Assembly (NCBI GenBank): GCA_965200835.1
Contig: OZ241390.1
Span: 2,256,297 to 2,320,296 of the forward strand
Reading direction: 5' to 3'
Source: Acidimicrobiia bacterium
GTDB taxonomy: Bacteria > Actinomycetota > Acidimicrobiia > Spongiisociales > Spongiisociaceae
Length of the DNA stretch: 64,000 bases
Made by a program: the position numbers and the translations under genes. Below are positions 1-10,719 of the stretch, one piece after another (position 1 is the stretch's first letter; each line of letters opens with the position of its first letter). The notes beneath the pieces are model-generated. The model was not told where the DNA came from. It did no database searches and saw only the letters and a program-made list of their open reading frames with translations.

Positions 1-9
1 TTTTCCAGG

Positions 10-1344
10 TTGTGGTGGGCCAGCGCCGCCTCCTCCTGGGGTGACTGGCTCACATTTTTTGCAACCCTCGCTCTGGCCAACGATATCGGGGGCCACACCG
101 GGGTGCTGGTTCCACTAACCAGCAGGATAATCCCCGGCCTACTGCTCGGCTCGATGGCGGGGGTGATCGCCGACCGCATGGACCGCAAGCGGGTGATGGT
201 CCTATCCGACATGGGGCGCGGCGTAGTGGTGCTGACGCTGATCCTGGCGAACGATCTGGTTACGATCGCGGTCATCTCAGCGGTGCTCGAGCTGCTCACC
301 ATCATCCGCCAACCGGCCCGCGAAGCAGCCGTACCCACCCTCGTGGAGCCTGCCCAGCTGGTGAGGGCCAACAGCTTCTCTGCCTTCGCCGCCTACGGAA
401 CCGCGCCGGTCGGAGCGGCCGCCTGGGCCGGCCTGGCCGCGGTCTTCTCGGCTACCGGCGCTATCGGCCTGATAGATCGCGGTCCGGACCTGGCTTTTGG
501 GGTGGACGCGCTGACCTTCCTGGTGTCGGGGGCCATCGTGGCAAGCATTTCCATACCGAAACCGACCCTGGCTACTCCGTCCGAGCAGGCCCCGCAGGTC
601 GGTCGGGACTGGAGGCAACCCTTGCGGGACCTGGTGGAGGGCTTCGCGTTCGTCACCCAAACTCGCACGGTCCGCCGGGTGGTCTTCGGAATGGCGGTGG
701 CCCTGTTCGGTGGGAGTGCCCTACTTCCCCTGGGACAGTCCTTCGCCCGGGACGTGCTCGGCGGCGGTGACACCGGCTTCGGAATACTGGTGACCGCCTT
801 GGGTGTCGGGGTGGGTTTCGGCATGCTGGGGGTGGCCATATTCAGCCACGACCGGACTCGTTACGACCTGATCTACGCCCTCAGTTTGTGTGTGACCGGG
901 CTGACGATCGGTCTGGCCGCTCTCGCCGAGACGATTGCCGGGGCATCCGGGTGGGTGCTGGTAGCGGGTATGGGCTCCGGGTTCGCCTACGTCATGGGGT
1001 TCACCCACCTCCATGGAGTAGTCCACGACTCCTTACGGGGACGGACCTTTGCCGCTCTGTTCACCCTGGTCAGAACCGCCATGCTGGTGTCTTTTACCTT
1101 GGCGGTGCTGGTGGCTACCGCCCTAGATGGTCTGTTCGCAGCACCGTTCGACAGCGGGACCGCCAACGTGTTCATGCTGGCAGGAGCGCTCATTCTCGGC
1201 ACGGGGCTGCTGTCCATCGCATCCATCAGCTCCGGCCTCATCCGACCTAAGCTGCCCGCCCGAGTGCGACACTCGATCCGGGATGCGTCCCGTACGTTGG
1301 GTGCAATAAAGGCCAGGCACTATGACGCGACGTATGACGAATGA
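10..1344 (+). CDS. MFS-family transporter (12-TM type). The N-terminus may extend upstream of the window.
   Basis: 444-aa ORF with repeated hydrophobic helices and the MFS-like motif GxLxDRxGRK-like 'IADRMDRKRVM'. GC3-rich coding frame. Confidence 0.6.
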   Translation: MWWASAASSWGDWLTFFATLALANDIGGHTGVLVPLTSRIIPGLLLGSMAGVIADRMDRKRVMVLSDMGRGVVVLTLILANDLVTIAVISAVLELLTIIRQPAREAAVPTLVEPAQLVRANSFSAFAAYGTAPVGAAAWAGLAAVFSATGAIGLIDRGPDLAFGVDALTFLVSGAIVASISIPKPTLATPSEQAPQVGRDWRQPLRDLVEGFAFVTQTRTVRRVVFGMAVALFGGSALLPLGQSFARDVLGGGDTGFGILVTALGVGVGFGMLGVAIFSHDRTRYDLIYALSLCVTGLTIGLAALAETIAGASGWVLVAGMGSGFAYVMGFTHLHGVVHDSLRGRTFAALFTLVRTAMLVSFTLAVLVATALDGLFAAPFDSGTANVFMLAGALILGTGLLSIASISSGLIRPKLPARVRHSIRDASRTLGAIKARHYDATYDE

Positions 1345-1357
1345 GCGGCTCCCCCGT

Positions 1358-1957
1358 ATGGAGCGTTACATAGCGGTGGAAGGTATCGAAGGGGCGGGAA
1401 AGACCAGCATTCAGGCTGCGCTGAGCAGGCGTCTGGAAGAGTCCGGGCACCAGGTGATTTGCGTGCGCGAGCCCGGCGGTACCGAGCTGGGCCGCCAACT
1501 CCGCCAGATCCTGCTGCACGGCGACGAGCTGGGTCCCTGGACCGAGACGTTTGTTTTCGCAGCCGACCGGTCACACCTGGCCGACCGGGTGATCCGGCCC
1601 GCTCTGGAGCGGGGAGCATGGGTGATCAGCGACCGTTCGGTGTATTCGTCGCTGGCCTACCAGGGCGTGGGCAGCGGATTGGGTCGGCATGCGATCCGGC
1701 GGATCAACGAAGAGGGTCTAGCGGGTTGGTGGCCGGGTCGGGTGATCCTGCTGCGGGTCGGTCCTCACACAGGGTTGGATCGGCAGGTGAGGGTCGATCG
1801 GATCGGCGCACGCGCGATCGGTTTCCATGAGGGAGTCGTCAGTGCCTATGACCGGCTGGCCCGCCAAGAACCGGATCGGTTCGCGGTGATCGACGCTGAG
1901 GAGCCATTCGACCTAGTACTGGAGCAAGTGTGGGCAGCTCTGGGAATAGAGCCATGA
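1358..1957 (+). CDS. tmk: thymidylate kinase (dTMP kinase)
   Basis: N-terminal 'MERYIAVEGIEGAGKTS' P-loop and the 'VREPGGT' motif. Alternative in-frame starts at 1322 and 1334. Stop TGA at 1955-1957 overlaps the holB ATG. Confidence 0.85.
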   Translation: MERYIAVEGIEGAGKTSIQAALSRRLEESGHQVICVREPGGTELGRQLRQILLHGDELGPWTETFVFAADRSHLADRVIRPALERGAWVISDRSVYSSLAYQGVGSGLGRHAIRRINEEGLAGWWPGRVILLRVGPHTGLDRQVRVDRIGARAIGFHEGVVSAYDRLARQEPDRFAVIDAEEPFDLVLEQVWAALGIEP

Positions 1958-3024
1958 GTGGTGCGGAACTGGGCCAGGGTGTCATAGGTCACCGGGCCAC
2001 CCTGGCCATGCTGGAGGGAGAAGTTAGGGCACCGGCCCATGCCTACCTGTTCGCCGGTCCACCCAGCGTTGGCAAGGCTACGGTTGCCCTCGCCTTCGCG
2101 TCCTGGCTGGTGTGCCGATCCGAGCGGGGTCGGGCGCGGGTGATGCGGCACAGTCATCCGGATGTCAAAGTCATAGGGCCGGAGGGTCGGGCCACGTTGG
2201 GGGTGGGCCAGGCTCGCCAAGCCATCTCAGGGGCCAGCCTTCGCCCGGTGGAGAGCGAGCGCAAGGTGATCATCTTCGACGAGGCATCCATGATGACCGA
2301 ACCAGCCGCCAATGCCCTCTTGAAGACCCTCGAGGAGCCACCCGCCCGTACGGTGTTCATAGTGGTGGTGGAGTCGGAGGAAGACCTCCCGTCCACGGTG
2401 GCCAGCCGGTGTCGGGTGGTCAGGTTCGGCCGGGTCTCGACCCATGAACTCGCCTCCGCTCTGGTGGACCGAGGCGTGGATGAGGAGAGGGCGACCATGA
2501 CGGCCCGGATCGCCGGAGGAAGTCCGGGCCTGGCCCTGGATCTGGTAGGGGACACGGAGGTCGCCAACTTCCGGCAGCGCTGGTTGGAGGTCCCGACCCG
2601 GGTCACCGACCGTCCCGGTGACGGTTACCGCCTGGCGGAGGAGATGCTGGAAGTCCACCGGCCGCTACTGGCGGCTATCGAGCGTGGTCGGCAGACCGAG
2701 CTCGAGGAGCGTGAGTCACGTGGTTATCAGATTCCCAAGGAGCTGAGGGACCATCAGGAGAGGGCGCTCAGGCGAAGCTCCGCCGCGCTGGTGATCGCCG
2801 GCTTGGGGATGGCCGCCTCCTGGTATCTGGACTCGATATCCGCTCAGTATGGGGGGCCGCTCAGGAACCCGGACCTGGCAGTTACCGAGCTTGCCAGGAC
2901 CCCACCACAGCGAGCAGTTCGTTCCGCCGAGTTGGTCCTCGATGCGGCTGTCCAACTGCGTCGTAACCAGCGGCCGAGGCTGGTACTCGCCTGGCTGTTC
3001 ACCGAACTGGGTAAGGCATCATGA
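1954..3024 (+). CDS. holB: DNA polymerase III delta-prime subunit
   Basis: AAA+ clamp-loader motifs 'HAYLFAGPPSVGKAT' and 'VIIFDEASMM..AANALLKTLEEPP'. ATGA overlap with tmk gives the conserved tmk-holB synteny. Confidence 0.8.
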   Translation: MSGAELGQGVIGHRATLAMLEGEVRAPAHAYLFAGPPSVGKATVALAFASWLVCRSERGRARVMRHSHPDVKVIGPEGRATLGVGQARQAISGASLRPVESERKVIIFDEASMMTEPAANALLKTLEEPPARTVFIVVVESEEDLPSTVASRCRVVRFGRVSTHELASALVDRGVDEERATMTARIAGGSPGLALDLVGDTEVANFRQRWLEVPTRVTDRPGDGYRLAEEMLEVHRPLLAAIERGRQTELEERESRGYQIPKELRDHQERALRRSSAALVIAGLGMAASWYLDSISAQYGGPLRNPDLAVTELARTPPQRAVRSAELVLDAAVQLRRNQRPRLVLAWLFTELGKAS

Positions 3025-3052
3025 AGGATCGAAACACAGCACCCCGATCAAC

Positions 3053-4051
3053 CTACTCCCAGTTGGCTCGCACCATCTTGGATGGCTGCACCCTTGGCGG
3101 CTCGCCGGGCATCTTTGGATAGTTGGGTGGCCAGGGGGCGTCGCCCTGTCCGGCTGCCTCGTCGCGGGCCACCCACTCCAGTAGCTGGTCGATCCGTCCC
3201 GGAGCCTCGTCGATCCGCTCGGTCAGATCACCCACCGCTCGGTAGCGAGCTTCGAACCCGTCCATCGGAAAGTCTTCGATCTCGACGTCGGGTAGCTCGT
3301 CCCAGGTGATCGGAGCGGACACGTAACCGGTGGGGCGCACCCCGTAGGCAGAGGAGACGGTCTTGTCCCGGGCGTTCTGGTTGTAATCGACGAAGATGCC
3401 GCGGCGTTCCTCCTTCCACCACTTGGTGGTTACCAGGTCGGGATGGCGCCGCTCCAGCTCCCTGCCGAATGCCAGCACGGCACGCCGGGTCTGGAAGAAG
3501 TCCCACAGGGGTTCGATGCGTAGATACACGTGAATCCCGCGACTGCCTGAGGTCTTGGGCCAGCCGACCAGGCCCAGCTCGTCGAGCAGTTCCCGGGCAT
3601 GGAGCGCCGCCCGCTTGACGTCCGCGAAGGTGTAACCCTCGGTGGGGTCGAAGTCGAGGCGCAGCTCATCCGGATGATCCAGGTCCTCGGCGCGGACCGG
3701 CCAGGGGTGCAGGTCCAGGCAGCCCAGCTGAGCGAACCGGAGCAGGTCGGCCCCGGTGCGGGGAACGTTCATCCTGCCCGGTCGCTGGGACGGAAAGCGG
3801 ATGGTGGCAGTCTCGAACGGGCTCTTCGAGGTGGCTCGCTTGTGGTAGATCGGGGGCGTGTCGACGTTCTTCATGTAGCGCTTCATCATCGTGGGACGCC
3901 CGTACACCCCCCGCAGGCAACCCTCGGCCACCGTCCGGAAGTGGTGCACTACATGGAGCTTGGTCCATCCCTGCCGGGGGAAAACCACCCGGTCGGGCGA
4001 GGTGACCCGCACCTGCTGCCCGCCGATGGAAACTTGCATGGCTGATCCCAT
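3053..4051 (-). CDS. Stand-alone LigD-type primase-polymerase domain protein (NHEJ PolDom)
   Basis: Similarity to the LigD polymerase domain, e.g. '[19 protein letters not shown]' and '[31 protein letters not shown]'. Ends with TAG. No ligase or Ku is adjacent. Confidence 0.7.
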   Translation of the reverse strand: MGSAMQVSIGGQQVRVTSPDRVVFPRQGWTKLHVVHHFRTVAEGCLRGVYGRPTMMKRYMKNVDTPPIYHKRATSKSPFETATIRFPSQRPGRMNVPRTGADLLRFAQLGCLDLHPWPVRAEDLDHPDELRLDFDPTEGYTFADVKRAALHARELLDELGLVGWPKTSGSRGIHVYLRIEPLWDFFQTRRAVLAFGRELERRHPDLVTTKWWKEERRGIFVDYNQNARDKTVSSAYGVRPTGYVSAPITWDELPDVEIEDFPMDGFEARYRAVGDLTERIDEAPGRIDQLLEWVARDEAAGQGDAPWPPNYPKMPGEPPRVQPSKMVRANWE

Positions 4052-4120
4052 TGCCTCACGGTACCCGCCCGCCCCGGTCGGGGAGGGGAACCCGGGTTAC
4101 TGGCCGCGCCGGACGCGGCT

Positions 4121-5071
4121 TTACAGTTTCTGCTGCAGAGTTTCCGTCAGGCGGGGTAGCACTTGGTGCAGGTCGCCCACGATTCCCAGATCGGCTACCG
4201 AGAAGATCGGAGCCTCCGGGTCCTTGTTGATGGCGACGATGCGCTTGGAGTCCTTCATACCCACCAGATGCTGCATGGCACCGGAAATGCCGCAGGCGAG
4301 GTAGACCTCCGGCTTGACCGTCTTGCCGGTCTGTCCAACCTGCTTGGCATACGGTACCCAGCCTGCGTCGACGATCGCCCGGGTAGCTCCGGTGGCCGCA
4401 CCGAGCGGCTCCGCAACCTCGTCGATCAGGACATAGGCCTCGGCCTTGCCCAACCCGCGCCCTCCGCTCACGATGATCTTGGCATCGCCCAGCTGAGGGC
4501 CCTCGGCGCGCTTCACGATCTTGTCCACCACCCTGGGTGCCCCGGCGTGGCCGGCGTCCGCAAGGGGGATGGTCTCAACCCGGTCTGCCGTCCCCCCGGT
4601 CTCCTCGGCCGAGAACGACTTGGGTCGGACCAGCACCAGGCGAGGACCGGGTCCGGCGAACTCGGTTCTCACCAGCTGGGTGCCTCCGAAGATCTCGCTG
4701 GTCACGGCGTAGCCCGAGCCGAGGTCCACATCGACCGCGTTGGAAATGACGGGTCGATCGATGCGGGCCGCCAGGCGTCCTGCCACATCACGGGAGGTAT
4801 ACGTCTGGGCGAACAGGACGGCCTCCGGTGACTCCCGGGCGATGAGCATGGCTAGGGCGGAGGCGGCGGCAGCAGCCGGAAGGTCACCCCCACCGGTCAA
4901 GTGGAACACGGTGCTTGCTCCATAGGCGCCCAGGGTCTCGAGGGCGCCGCCGGAGCCGTTACCCAGGTAGACGACGGCCACCGCACCTTCGGAGGCGGAT
5001 TTGGTGACTACCTCGAGGGCCGCCTCGCCCGGTCCTCCTTCTACTTCTTCGGCAAATACCCAAGTCGACAT
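4121..5071 (-). CDS. etfA: electron transfer flavoprotein alpha subunit
   Basis: C-terminal FAD-binding region '[37 protein letters not shown]'. Confidence 0.9.
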   Translation of the reverse strand: MSTWVFAEEVEGGPGEAALEVVTKSASEGAVAVVYLGNGSGGALETLGAYGASTVFHLTGGGDLPAAAAASALAMLIARESPEAVLFAQTYTSRDVAGRLAARIDRPVISNAVDVDLGSGYAVTSEIFGGTQLVRTEFAGPGPRLVLVRPKSFSAEETGGTADRVETIPLADAGHAGAPRVVDKIVKRAEGPQLGDAKIIVSGGRGLGKAEAYVLIDEVAEPLGAATGATRAIVDAGWVPYAKQVGQTGKTVKPEVYLACGISGAMQHLVGMKDSKRIVAINKDPEAPIFSVADLGIVGDLHQVLPRLTETLQQKL

Positions 5072-5830
5072 CTATATCACCTTGGCCGTTTCCAGGAACT
5101 CGACTATCCGGAGGTGGCCGGTTCCCTCATCGGCCACCACCTCACCGGCCTGCCTCTCCGGGGCGGGTGCTACCGACACCACCCTCTGGCCGCTGCCGGC
5201 GGTCACTCCCAGGTCGCTCGCGGTCAGGCGGTCGACCGGTTTCCGCTTGGCCGCCATGATTCCTCGGAAGGTCGGGTAGCGGGGTTCGACCGCGCCCGCT
5301 GTCACCGCCAGGACGGCCGGTGGCTCGGCCTCCACCACATCGAAACCTGCGGCGGTTTGGCGCTCGATCCGGAGACCCCCACCACCTAGCTCTACCTTCC
5401 TGGCGAACGTGAGGGCTGGTACGTCCAACAACTCGGCCGTCATCTGGGGAACCACCCCCGAGTAGCCGTCGGTGGATTCCACCCCGGCTACCAGCACATC
5501 GAATCCTTCCCGCCGAGCGGCGGCGGCCAGGACCTTGGCGGTGGTGAGGGCATCGCTGCCCTCCAGAGCCGGATCATCCACGATCACCGCCTTGTCGGCC
5601 CCCATGGCCAGGGCCTGGCGCACGCCCTGCATCGTGCCGGTTGGTCCCATGGAAACGACCGTTACCGAACCGCCGGTCTTCTCCGCCAGCTGGAGCCCCA
5701 CCTCGATCCCATAGCGATCCGTGTCGTCCATGATCTGTTCGGGCGGGCGGACCAGCCGGTTGGTAGTCGGATCGAGCGAAGATGGGGACGCTGGATCCGG
5801 GATCTGTTTGACACATACCAGCACCTGCAT
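5072..5830 (-). CDS. etfB: electron transfer flavoprotein beta subunit
   Basis: 'MQVLVCVKQIPDP' N-terminus, ~250 aa. Its TAG stop directly abuts the etfA start. Confidence 0.9.
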   Translation of the reverse strand: MQVLVCVKQIPDPASPSSLDPTTNRLVRPPEQIMDDTDRYGIEVGLQLAEKTGGSVTVVSMGPTGTMQGVRQALAMGADKAVIVDDPALEGSDALTTAKVLAAAARREGFDVLVAGVESTDGYSGVVPQMTAELLDVPALTFARKVELGGGGLRIERQTAAGFDVVEAEPPAVLAVTAGAVEPRYPTFRGIMAAKRKPVDRLTASDLGVTAGSGQRVVSVAPAPERQAGEVVADEGTGHLRIVEFLETAKVI

Positions 5831-5880
5831 GGCCGCGTCTCCTCGTAGTCGTCATAGATGAAATGGGCGCGACCGCCATG

Positions 5881-7194
5881 CTAGCCCGCGCTCAGGCTCA
5901 CCTCTTCCAATATGAGGGGTCGCGGTGTGGGGGGAGCGAGTCCCAGCTCGAAAGCGGCCGACACCTCCCGGGTCGCCTGATCGGCCCGCCCCCGATCGTT
6001 TAACCTCAACGTGGCCAGCACGTCACCCCGGCTCACCGCCGCTCCGACCTTGGCCGATAGGGTGATCCCCACCCCATGGTCGATGATGTCATCGATGGTC
6101 TCCCGCCCAGCGCCCAGACGCATGGCCGCCACCCCGATCTGGCGGGCTGCGATGGCCACTACGTATCCGTTCTGGTCGGCCCGTACTCGCCGGGTGTAGG
6201 TGGCGGAAGGCAGGGTGTCCGGATCGTCGACTACCGATGCGTCTCCACCCTGGGCCTCGATGAGTCGGCGGAGCCGGTCGAGAGCTGCCCCGGACTCGAG
6301 AGCGTGTTCGATGCGCTCGGACGCTCGCGGGATCCCACCGGTCTCCAGCATGGCAACACCCAACACCTTCAACAGCTCGGTGAGGTCGGGGGGACCGGTG
6401 CCGGCCAGAGTCGAGATGGCTTCGGCTACCTCGTTGGAGTTCCCCACCTCGTTCCCGAGCGGCTGGTCCATATTCGTGAGGAAGGCCCTCACCTTCACTC
6501 CGTGCGACTCGCCTATCCGCATCATGGTCCGGGCGAGGTTCCGTGCGTCAGCAACTTCTTCCATGAAGGCGCCGTTCCCCACCTTCACGTCCAGCACCAG
6601 TCCGTCGAGCCCTTCGACCAGCTTCTTGGACATGATCGACGAGCTGATGAGAGGTATCGATGCGACGGTGGCCGTGGTGTCGCGCAGCGCGTACAGGATC
6701 TTGTCAGCCGGCACGATGGTGTCCGACTGGCCGGCGATTATCACCCCGTTGCGTCTCACCAGGCGAGCGAAGGTAGGCGGATCGAAGGACGTCCGGAAGC
6801 CCGGTATCGCTTCGAGCTTGTCCAGCGTACCTCCCGTGTGTCCCAGACCCCGACCCGACATCATGGGAACCGTCGACCCGCAGGCGGCCACCAGGGGAGC
6901 GAGGCAGAGGCTCACCTTGTCGCCCACCCCGCCGGTGGAGTGCTTGTCGACCTTCGGCTGCCCGCTCTCGATGTGGAGCTGTTCACCCGACTCCATCATG
7001 GCGCTGGTGAGGTCGGCCAGCTCGCGGTCGCTCATACCGCGCAAATAGATGGCCATCAGCAGCGCGGCGGCCTGGTAGTCGGGGACCGTTCGTTCGACCA
7101 CCCCCGAGACGAAGGCGTCGATCTCCGACCGATCCAGCGCTCTGCCATCCCGCTTGTGCGAGATGATCTCCTCGATGCCGGGCACGCCTGTCAA
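5881..7194 (-). CDS. deoA: thymidine / pyrimidine-nucleoside phosphorylase
   Basis: 'KHSTGGVGDKVSL..MSGRGLGHTGGTLDKLE' glycosyltransferase family-3 motifs. 437 aa. Confidence 0.9.
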   Translation of the reverse strand: MTGVPGIEEIISHKRDGRALDRSEIDAFVSGVVERTVPDYQAAALLMAIYLRGMSDRELADLTSAMMESGEQLHIESGQPKVDKHSTGGVGDKVSLCLAPLVAACGSTVPMMSGRGLGHTGGTLDKLEAIPGFRTSFDPPTFARLVRRNGVIIAGQSDTIVPADKILYALRDTTATVASIPLISSSIMSKKLVEGLDGLVLDVKVGNGAFMEEVADARNLARTMMRIGESHGVKVRAFLTNMDQPLGNEVGNSNEVAEAISTLAGTGPPDLTELLKVLGVAMLETGGIPRASERIEHALESGAALDRLRRLIEAQGGDASVVDDPDTLPSATYTRRVRADQNGYVVAIAARQIGVAAMRLGAGRETIDDIIDHGVGITLSAKVGAAVSRGDVLATLRLNDRGRADQATREVSAAFELGLAPPTPRPLILEEVSLSAG

Positions 7195-7258
7195 CCCTTT
7201 CCCGAACGTCCGCCGACCTGCGGGCCGATGGGGGAGCAGTACGCGCTCACCATTCCCC

Positions 7259-7879
7259 TCAAAAGGTGGCGAACAGCCGGTCTCCCATGTCCCCGAGACC
7301 GGGCACGATGTAGTAGTGGTCGTTCAGATGGGAATCCACCGTGGCGGTCACCACCTTGACATCGGGGTGCTCGCGCTCCATCCGGGTCACCCCCTCGGGC
7401 GCCGCCACCACGCATAGGGCGACGATGTCCTCGGCACCGGCTTCCTTCACCCGTTCCACGGCCCAGGAGAGGGATCCTCCGGTGGCCAGCATCGGTTCCA
7501 GGACCAGCACCGTGCTGGCCGACATCTCGGGAAACTTGGTGTAATACTCCATCGGCCGGGCGGTCTCCTCGTCCCGCTGCACCCCTGCGTAACCAACCGC
7601 TACGTCGGGAAGCAGATCGATAACCGCATCGATCAACCCCAGCCCGGCCCTGAGCACCGCCACCGCTACTACCGGTCTGGCAAGCCGCTGGCCGGTAGTA
7701 GCAGTCAGGGGTGTCTCGATGGGGTATGGATCGAGGGCGGCTCCGGCGGTCGCCTCCATCAGCAGGAGGTAGGCAAGGCGCCGGGAAGTATGGCGGAACT
7801 CGGCCGGTTCGGTAGTCCGGTCCCGAAGGATGCTCAGATAGTGATGAACGAGCGGATGGTCTACGACGGTGATTCCCAA
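7259..7879 (-). CDS. upp: uracil phosphoribosyltransferase
   Basis: 'VVDHPLVHHYLSILRD' and the PRPP-binding 'VLVLEPMLATGGS'. Confidence 0.9.
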   Translation of the reverse strand: MGITVVDHPLVHHYLSILRDRTTEPAEFRHTSRRLAYLLLMEATAGAALDPYPIETPLTATTGQRLARPVVAVAVLRAGLGLIDAVIDLLPDVAVGYAGVQRDEETARPMEYYTKFPEMSASTVLVLEPMLATGGSLSWAVERVKEAGAEDIVALCVVAAPEGVTRMEREHPDVKVVTATVDSHLNDHYYIVPGLGDMGDRLFATF

Positions 7880-8018
7880 CGAGGCTCCCTTTGGCTACAG
7901 GCGGCTGGCGAGGCTATACCCAAGAGTACCTGCCGGGTAACCGACTTGTGGTCGACCGTCGATCATTAGAGACTGGAGAGATCAGAATGGCCCTACGCCG
8001 TGAGAGGAGGAACAGGCT

Positions 8019-9491
8019 GTGTTCGAGTCGCTGACCGCCCGTTTCGAAGGGGTGTTCGACCGGATGCGCGGCCAGGCTCGCCTGAGCAGCAAGGACGTGG
8101 ACCGTTCCCTGGCCGAGGTCCGCGTTGCGCTGCTGGAAGCGGATGTCAATGGCCAGGTAGTTCGGGCTCTCCTGGACCGGATCCGGGAGAGGGCGGTGGG
8201 CGCCGAGGTGCTCAAGAACGTCGCACCCGGCCACCAGGTGGTCAAGGTGGTCCACGAGGCCCTGATCGAGACCTTGGGCACGGAAGCCGTTCCCCTGGCC
8301 ACCACCAAGCAGAAGCCTCTGACCACGCTGATGGTAGGGCTGCAAGGTTCGGGCAAGACCACCTCCGCGGCGAAGGTAGCCCGCTGGCACCAGCGCTCGG
8401 GCAAGAGCGTGCTGATGGTGGCGGCCGACCTGGTGCGGCCGGGAGCCGTGGAGCAGCTCCAGCTGCTGGGCGAACAGATCAGAACCCCGGTGTTCACCTC
8501 CAGGCGCCGGAGCCCGGTGGCGGTGGTCAGGGGTGCGATGCGCCATGCCCGGGATCGAGGATTCGATGTGGTGGTGGTCGACACCTCGGGAAGGCTCCAG
8601 ATCGACGCCGCTCTGATGCGCGAGCTGGGTGCCATCAGCAAGGTCACCAAGCCCGACGAGGTCCTGCTCGTCCTGGATGCGATGACCGGCCATGACGCGG
8701 TTCCGGTGGCCAGAGGATTCCTGCGGCATACCAAGTTGACCGGCGTGCTGCTATCGAAGCTGGACAGCGATGCCAGGGGAGGGGCGGCCATCTCGGTCAG
8801 GGAGGCCACCGGCTGTCCCATCAAGCTGGTGGGGACCGGTGAGCGCCCTGAGGACCTCGAGGTCTTCCATCCGGAGCGGATGGCGTCGCGCATCCTCGGG
8901 ATGGGCGACATCCTCACCCTGGTGGAGAAGGCGGAGGAGGCCTTCGACGAGCAGCAGGCCGAGGAGATGGCCGATCGGATGCTGCGGGCCGAGTTCACCC
9001 TGGAGGACTTCCTGGAACAAGTCCGAGGTGTACGCAAGATGGGGTCCTTCGGCGAGGTCCTTGGTATGATTCCGGGTGGCCGCCCTCCGATGGACGACCG
9101 GGTGATGGATCGGGAGATCCGCCGGTCGGAGGCTATCATCCGCTCGATGACCCCGGCCGAGAGGGTCGATCCCCGGGTCATCAACGCCAGCCGCAAGCGG
9201 AGGATCGCGCTCGGATCCGGAACATCCGTGCAGGACGTGTCCGGTCTGCTCAGGCAGTTCAACCAGGTGCGTAACATGATGCAGGCCCTGTCGCAAGGGC
9301 AGGCGCCCGGCGGAATGGCCGGGCTTGCGGGGATGCCCGGCGGGCTGCCGGGGATGGGGGGTGGCGGCTTGCCGGGAAGTAGGGCCCTGTCACGGGGTCC
9401 TGCTAGGAAGAAGAGACCGGGAAACCGGCGGAGCGCCAAGCGCCCCAGAACCCCGAAGAAACAGCAGAAGAAAAAGAAGAGGAAGAGGTGA
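8019..9491 (+). CDS. ffh: signal recognition particle protein Ffh
   Basis: GTG start with a GAGGAGGA Shine-Dalgarno sequence. Has the N, G ('GLQGSGKTT', 'DTSGRLQID') and M domains. Carries an unusually Lys-rich C-terminal tail. Confidence 0.9.
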   Translation: MFESLTARFEGVFDRMRGQARLSSKDVDRSLAEVRVALLEADVNGQVVRALLDRIRERAVGAEVLKNVAPGHQVVKVVHEALIETLGTEAVPLATTKQKPLTTLMVGLQGSGKTTSAAKVARWHQRSGKSVLMVAADLVRPGAVEQLQLLGEQIRTPVFTSRRRSPVAVVRGAMRHARDRGFDVVVVDTSGRLQIDAALMRELGAISKVTKPDEVLLVLDAMTGHDAVPVARGFLRHTKLTGVLLSKLDSDARGGAAISVREATGCPIKLVGTGERPEDLEVFHPERMASRILGMGDILTLVEKAEEAFDEQQAEEMADRMLRAEFTLEDFLEQVRGVRKMGSFGEVLGMIPGGRPPMDDRVMDREIRRSEAIIRSMTPAERVDPRVINASRKRRIALGSGTSVQDVSGLLRQFNQVRNMMQALSQGQAPGGMAGLAGMPGGLPGMGGGGLPGSRALSRGPARKKRPGNRRSAKRPRTPKKQQKKKKRKR

Positions 9492-9495
9492 CGAC

Positions 9496-9849
9496 ATGGC
9501 GGTGAGGATCCGCCTCAAGCGTATGGGTAAGAAGAAGCAGCCCACGTATCGCGTCGTGGTAGCTGACGCCCGGGCGCCGCGGGACGGCCGTATCATCGAG
9601 TCTATCGGTCGTTACGATCCCCGCCCGTCCCCGTCGATCGTGGAAGTCGACAAGGACCGAGCGCGGTACTGGCTGGGTAATGGTGCCCAACCCACCGAAC
9701 GCGTGCGGAAGCTGCTGGAGATCTCGGGTGCCGTGCGCCGACCCAAGGTGTCCAGATCCGGCGTCTACCGGCTGGACGACGACCCTCCCCCTGCCGAAGC
9801 CGTGGAAGGGGAGGAAGAGCAGGGCGAGGATACGGGCGACCGCCCTTAG
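9496..9849 (+). CDS. rpsP: 30S ribosomal protein S16
   Basis: '[32 protein letters not shown]'. ATG at 9496, 4 nt after the ffh stop. Confidence 0.9.
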   Translation: MAVRIRLKRMGKKKQPTYRVVVADARAPRDGRIIESIGRYDPRPSPSIVEVDKDRARYWLGNGAQPTERVRKLLEISGAVRRPKVSRSGVYRLDDDPPPAEAVEGEEEQGEDTGDRP

Positions 9850-9934
9850 GATTCGAAGGTCGGCCCGAACGGCAGCGTTCGGCCACCGGCTAGCGAGGAG
9901 ATGACAACGTGCCGAAGAACAGGGTGAGCAAGTA

Positions 9935-10183
9935 ATGGCGGGGGCGATAGTCGAGCGAGTCGTCCGGTTCGTCGTGTCGGAGATCGTGGACGACCAGGAG
10001 GCGGTCCAGGTGACCATGGTGGAGCGGGGAGAGGACGATGTCTTGGCCCAGGTCAAGACCGCCCCGGGTGAGATGGGCCGGGTGATCGGCCGAGGTGGGC
10101 GAGTGGCGCGCGCCATCCGTTCGGTGGCCCAGGCGGCAGCCGAGGAAGAAGGCCTGACCTCCGGAGTCGAGTTCGTCGACTAA
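9935..10183 (+). CDS. KH-domain RNA-binding protein (UPF0109/YlqC-like)
   Basis: 82 aa with 'GRVIGRGGRVARAIRSV' KH GXXG-type motif. Conserved position between rpsP and rimM. Confidence 0.75.
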   Translation: MAGAIVERVVRFVVSEIVDDQEAVQVTMVERGEDDVLAQVKTAPGEMGRVIGRGGRVARAIRSVAQAAAEEEGLTSGVEFVD

Positions 10184-10227
10184 CTGAAAGATCGTTGGGA
10201 GCCAGCCCTAAGCCAGGCTGGCGCGCC

Positions 10228-10719
10228 ATGATAAGGGTTGGTCGGATCACCCGCTTGCATGGCGTCCGGGGGGAAGTTTGCGTAATGGTCGAGTCCGATG
10301 ATCCTGATCGGTTCAGGCCGCCCTCCATATTCCATACCTCGCTGGACCGGGTGCCGCGGCTCGTCCTCCGCAGGGCGAGGCCTGGCACCAAGGGGCTGAT
10401 CGCCACCTTTGCCGGGTTCACCTCGGCGGAGGCCGCCACCCGGCTGGTGGGCGCCGAGCTGCTGATCAGGCAGGAAGATCGGCGGCGTCTCGCATCGGAT
10501 GAGTACTGGCCCGATCAGCTAGTCGGGCTGGCCGTGCGGATCGGGCCCGACGCGGTGGGAGTAGTCGAGAACCTGGTCCAGGGACCCCAGGACAGGCTGG
10601 TGGTGGCCTGCTCAGACGGGGCCGTGGTGGAAGTTCCGTTCGTGGAACCTCTGGTACCGGAGATCGACCTGGAAGGCGGTTGGTTGCGGGTCGATCCGCC
10701 CGAGGGCCTGTTCAGCTAA
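10228..10719 (+). CDS. rimM: 16S rRNA processing protein RimM
   Basis: 'IRVGRITRLHGVRGEV' N-terminus plus a PRC barrel. ATG at 10228. The longer ORF beginning at 10195 was rejected. Confidence 0.85.
   Translation: MIRVGRITRLHGVRGEVCVMVESDDPDRFRPPSIFHTSLDRVPRLVLRRARPGTKGLIATFAGFTSAEAATRLVGAELLIRQEDRRRLASDEYWPDQLVGLAVRIGPDAVGVVENLVQGPQDRLVVACSDGAVVEVPFVEPLVPEIDLEGGWLRVDPPEGLFS

Noticed and set aside
277-1320. Multiple 60-150-codon ORFs antisense or out-of-frame to the MFS transporter. The same pattern recurs throughout the window, e.g. 7982..9439 antisense to ffh and 14069..15175 antisense to cofH.
   Set aside because: High-GC DNA keeps all frames open. These lack GC3 bias relative to the annotated frame and overlap well-supported conserved genes.
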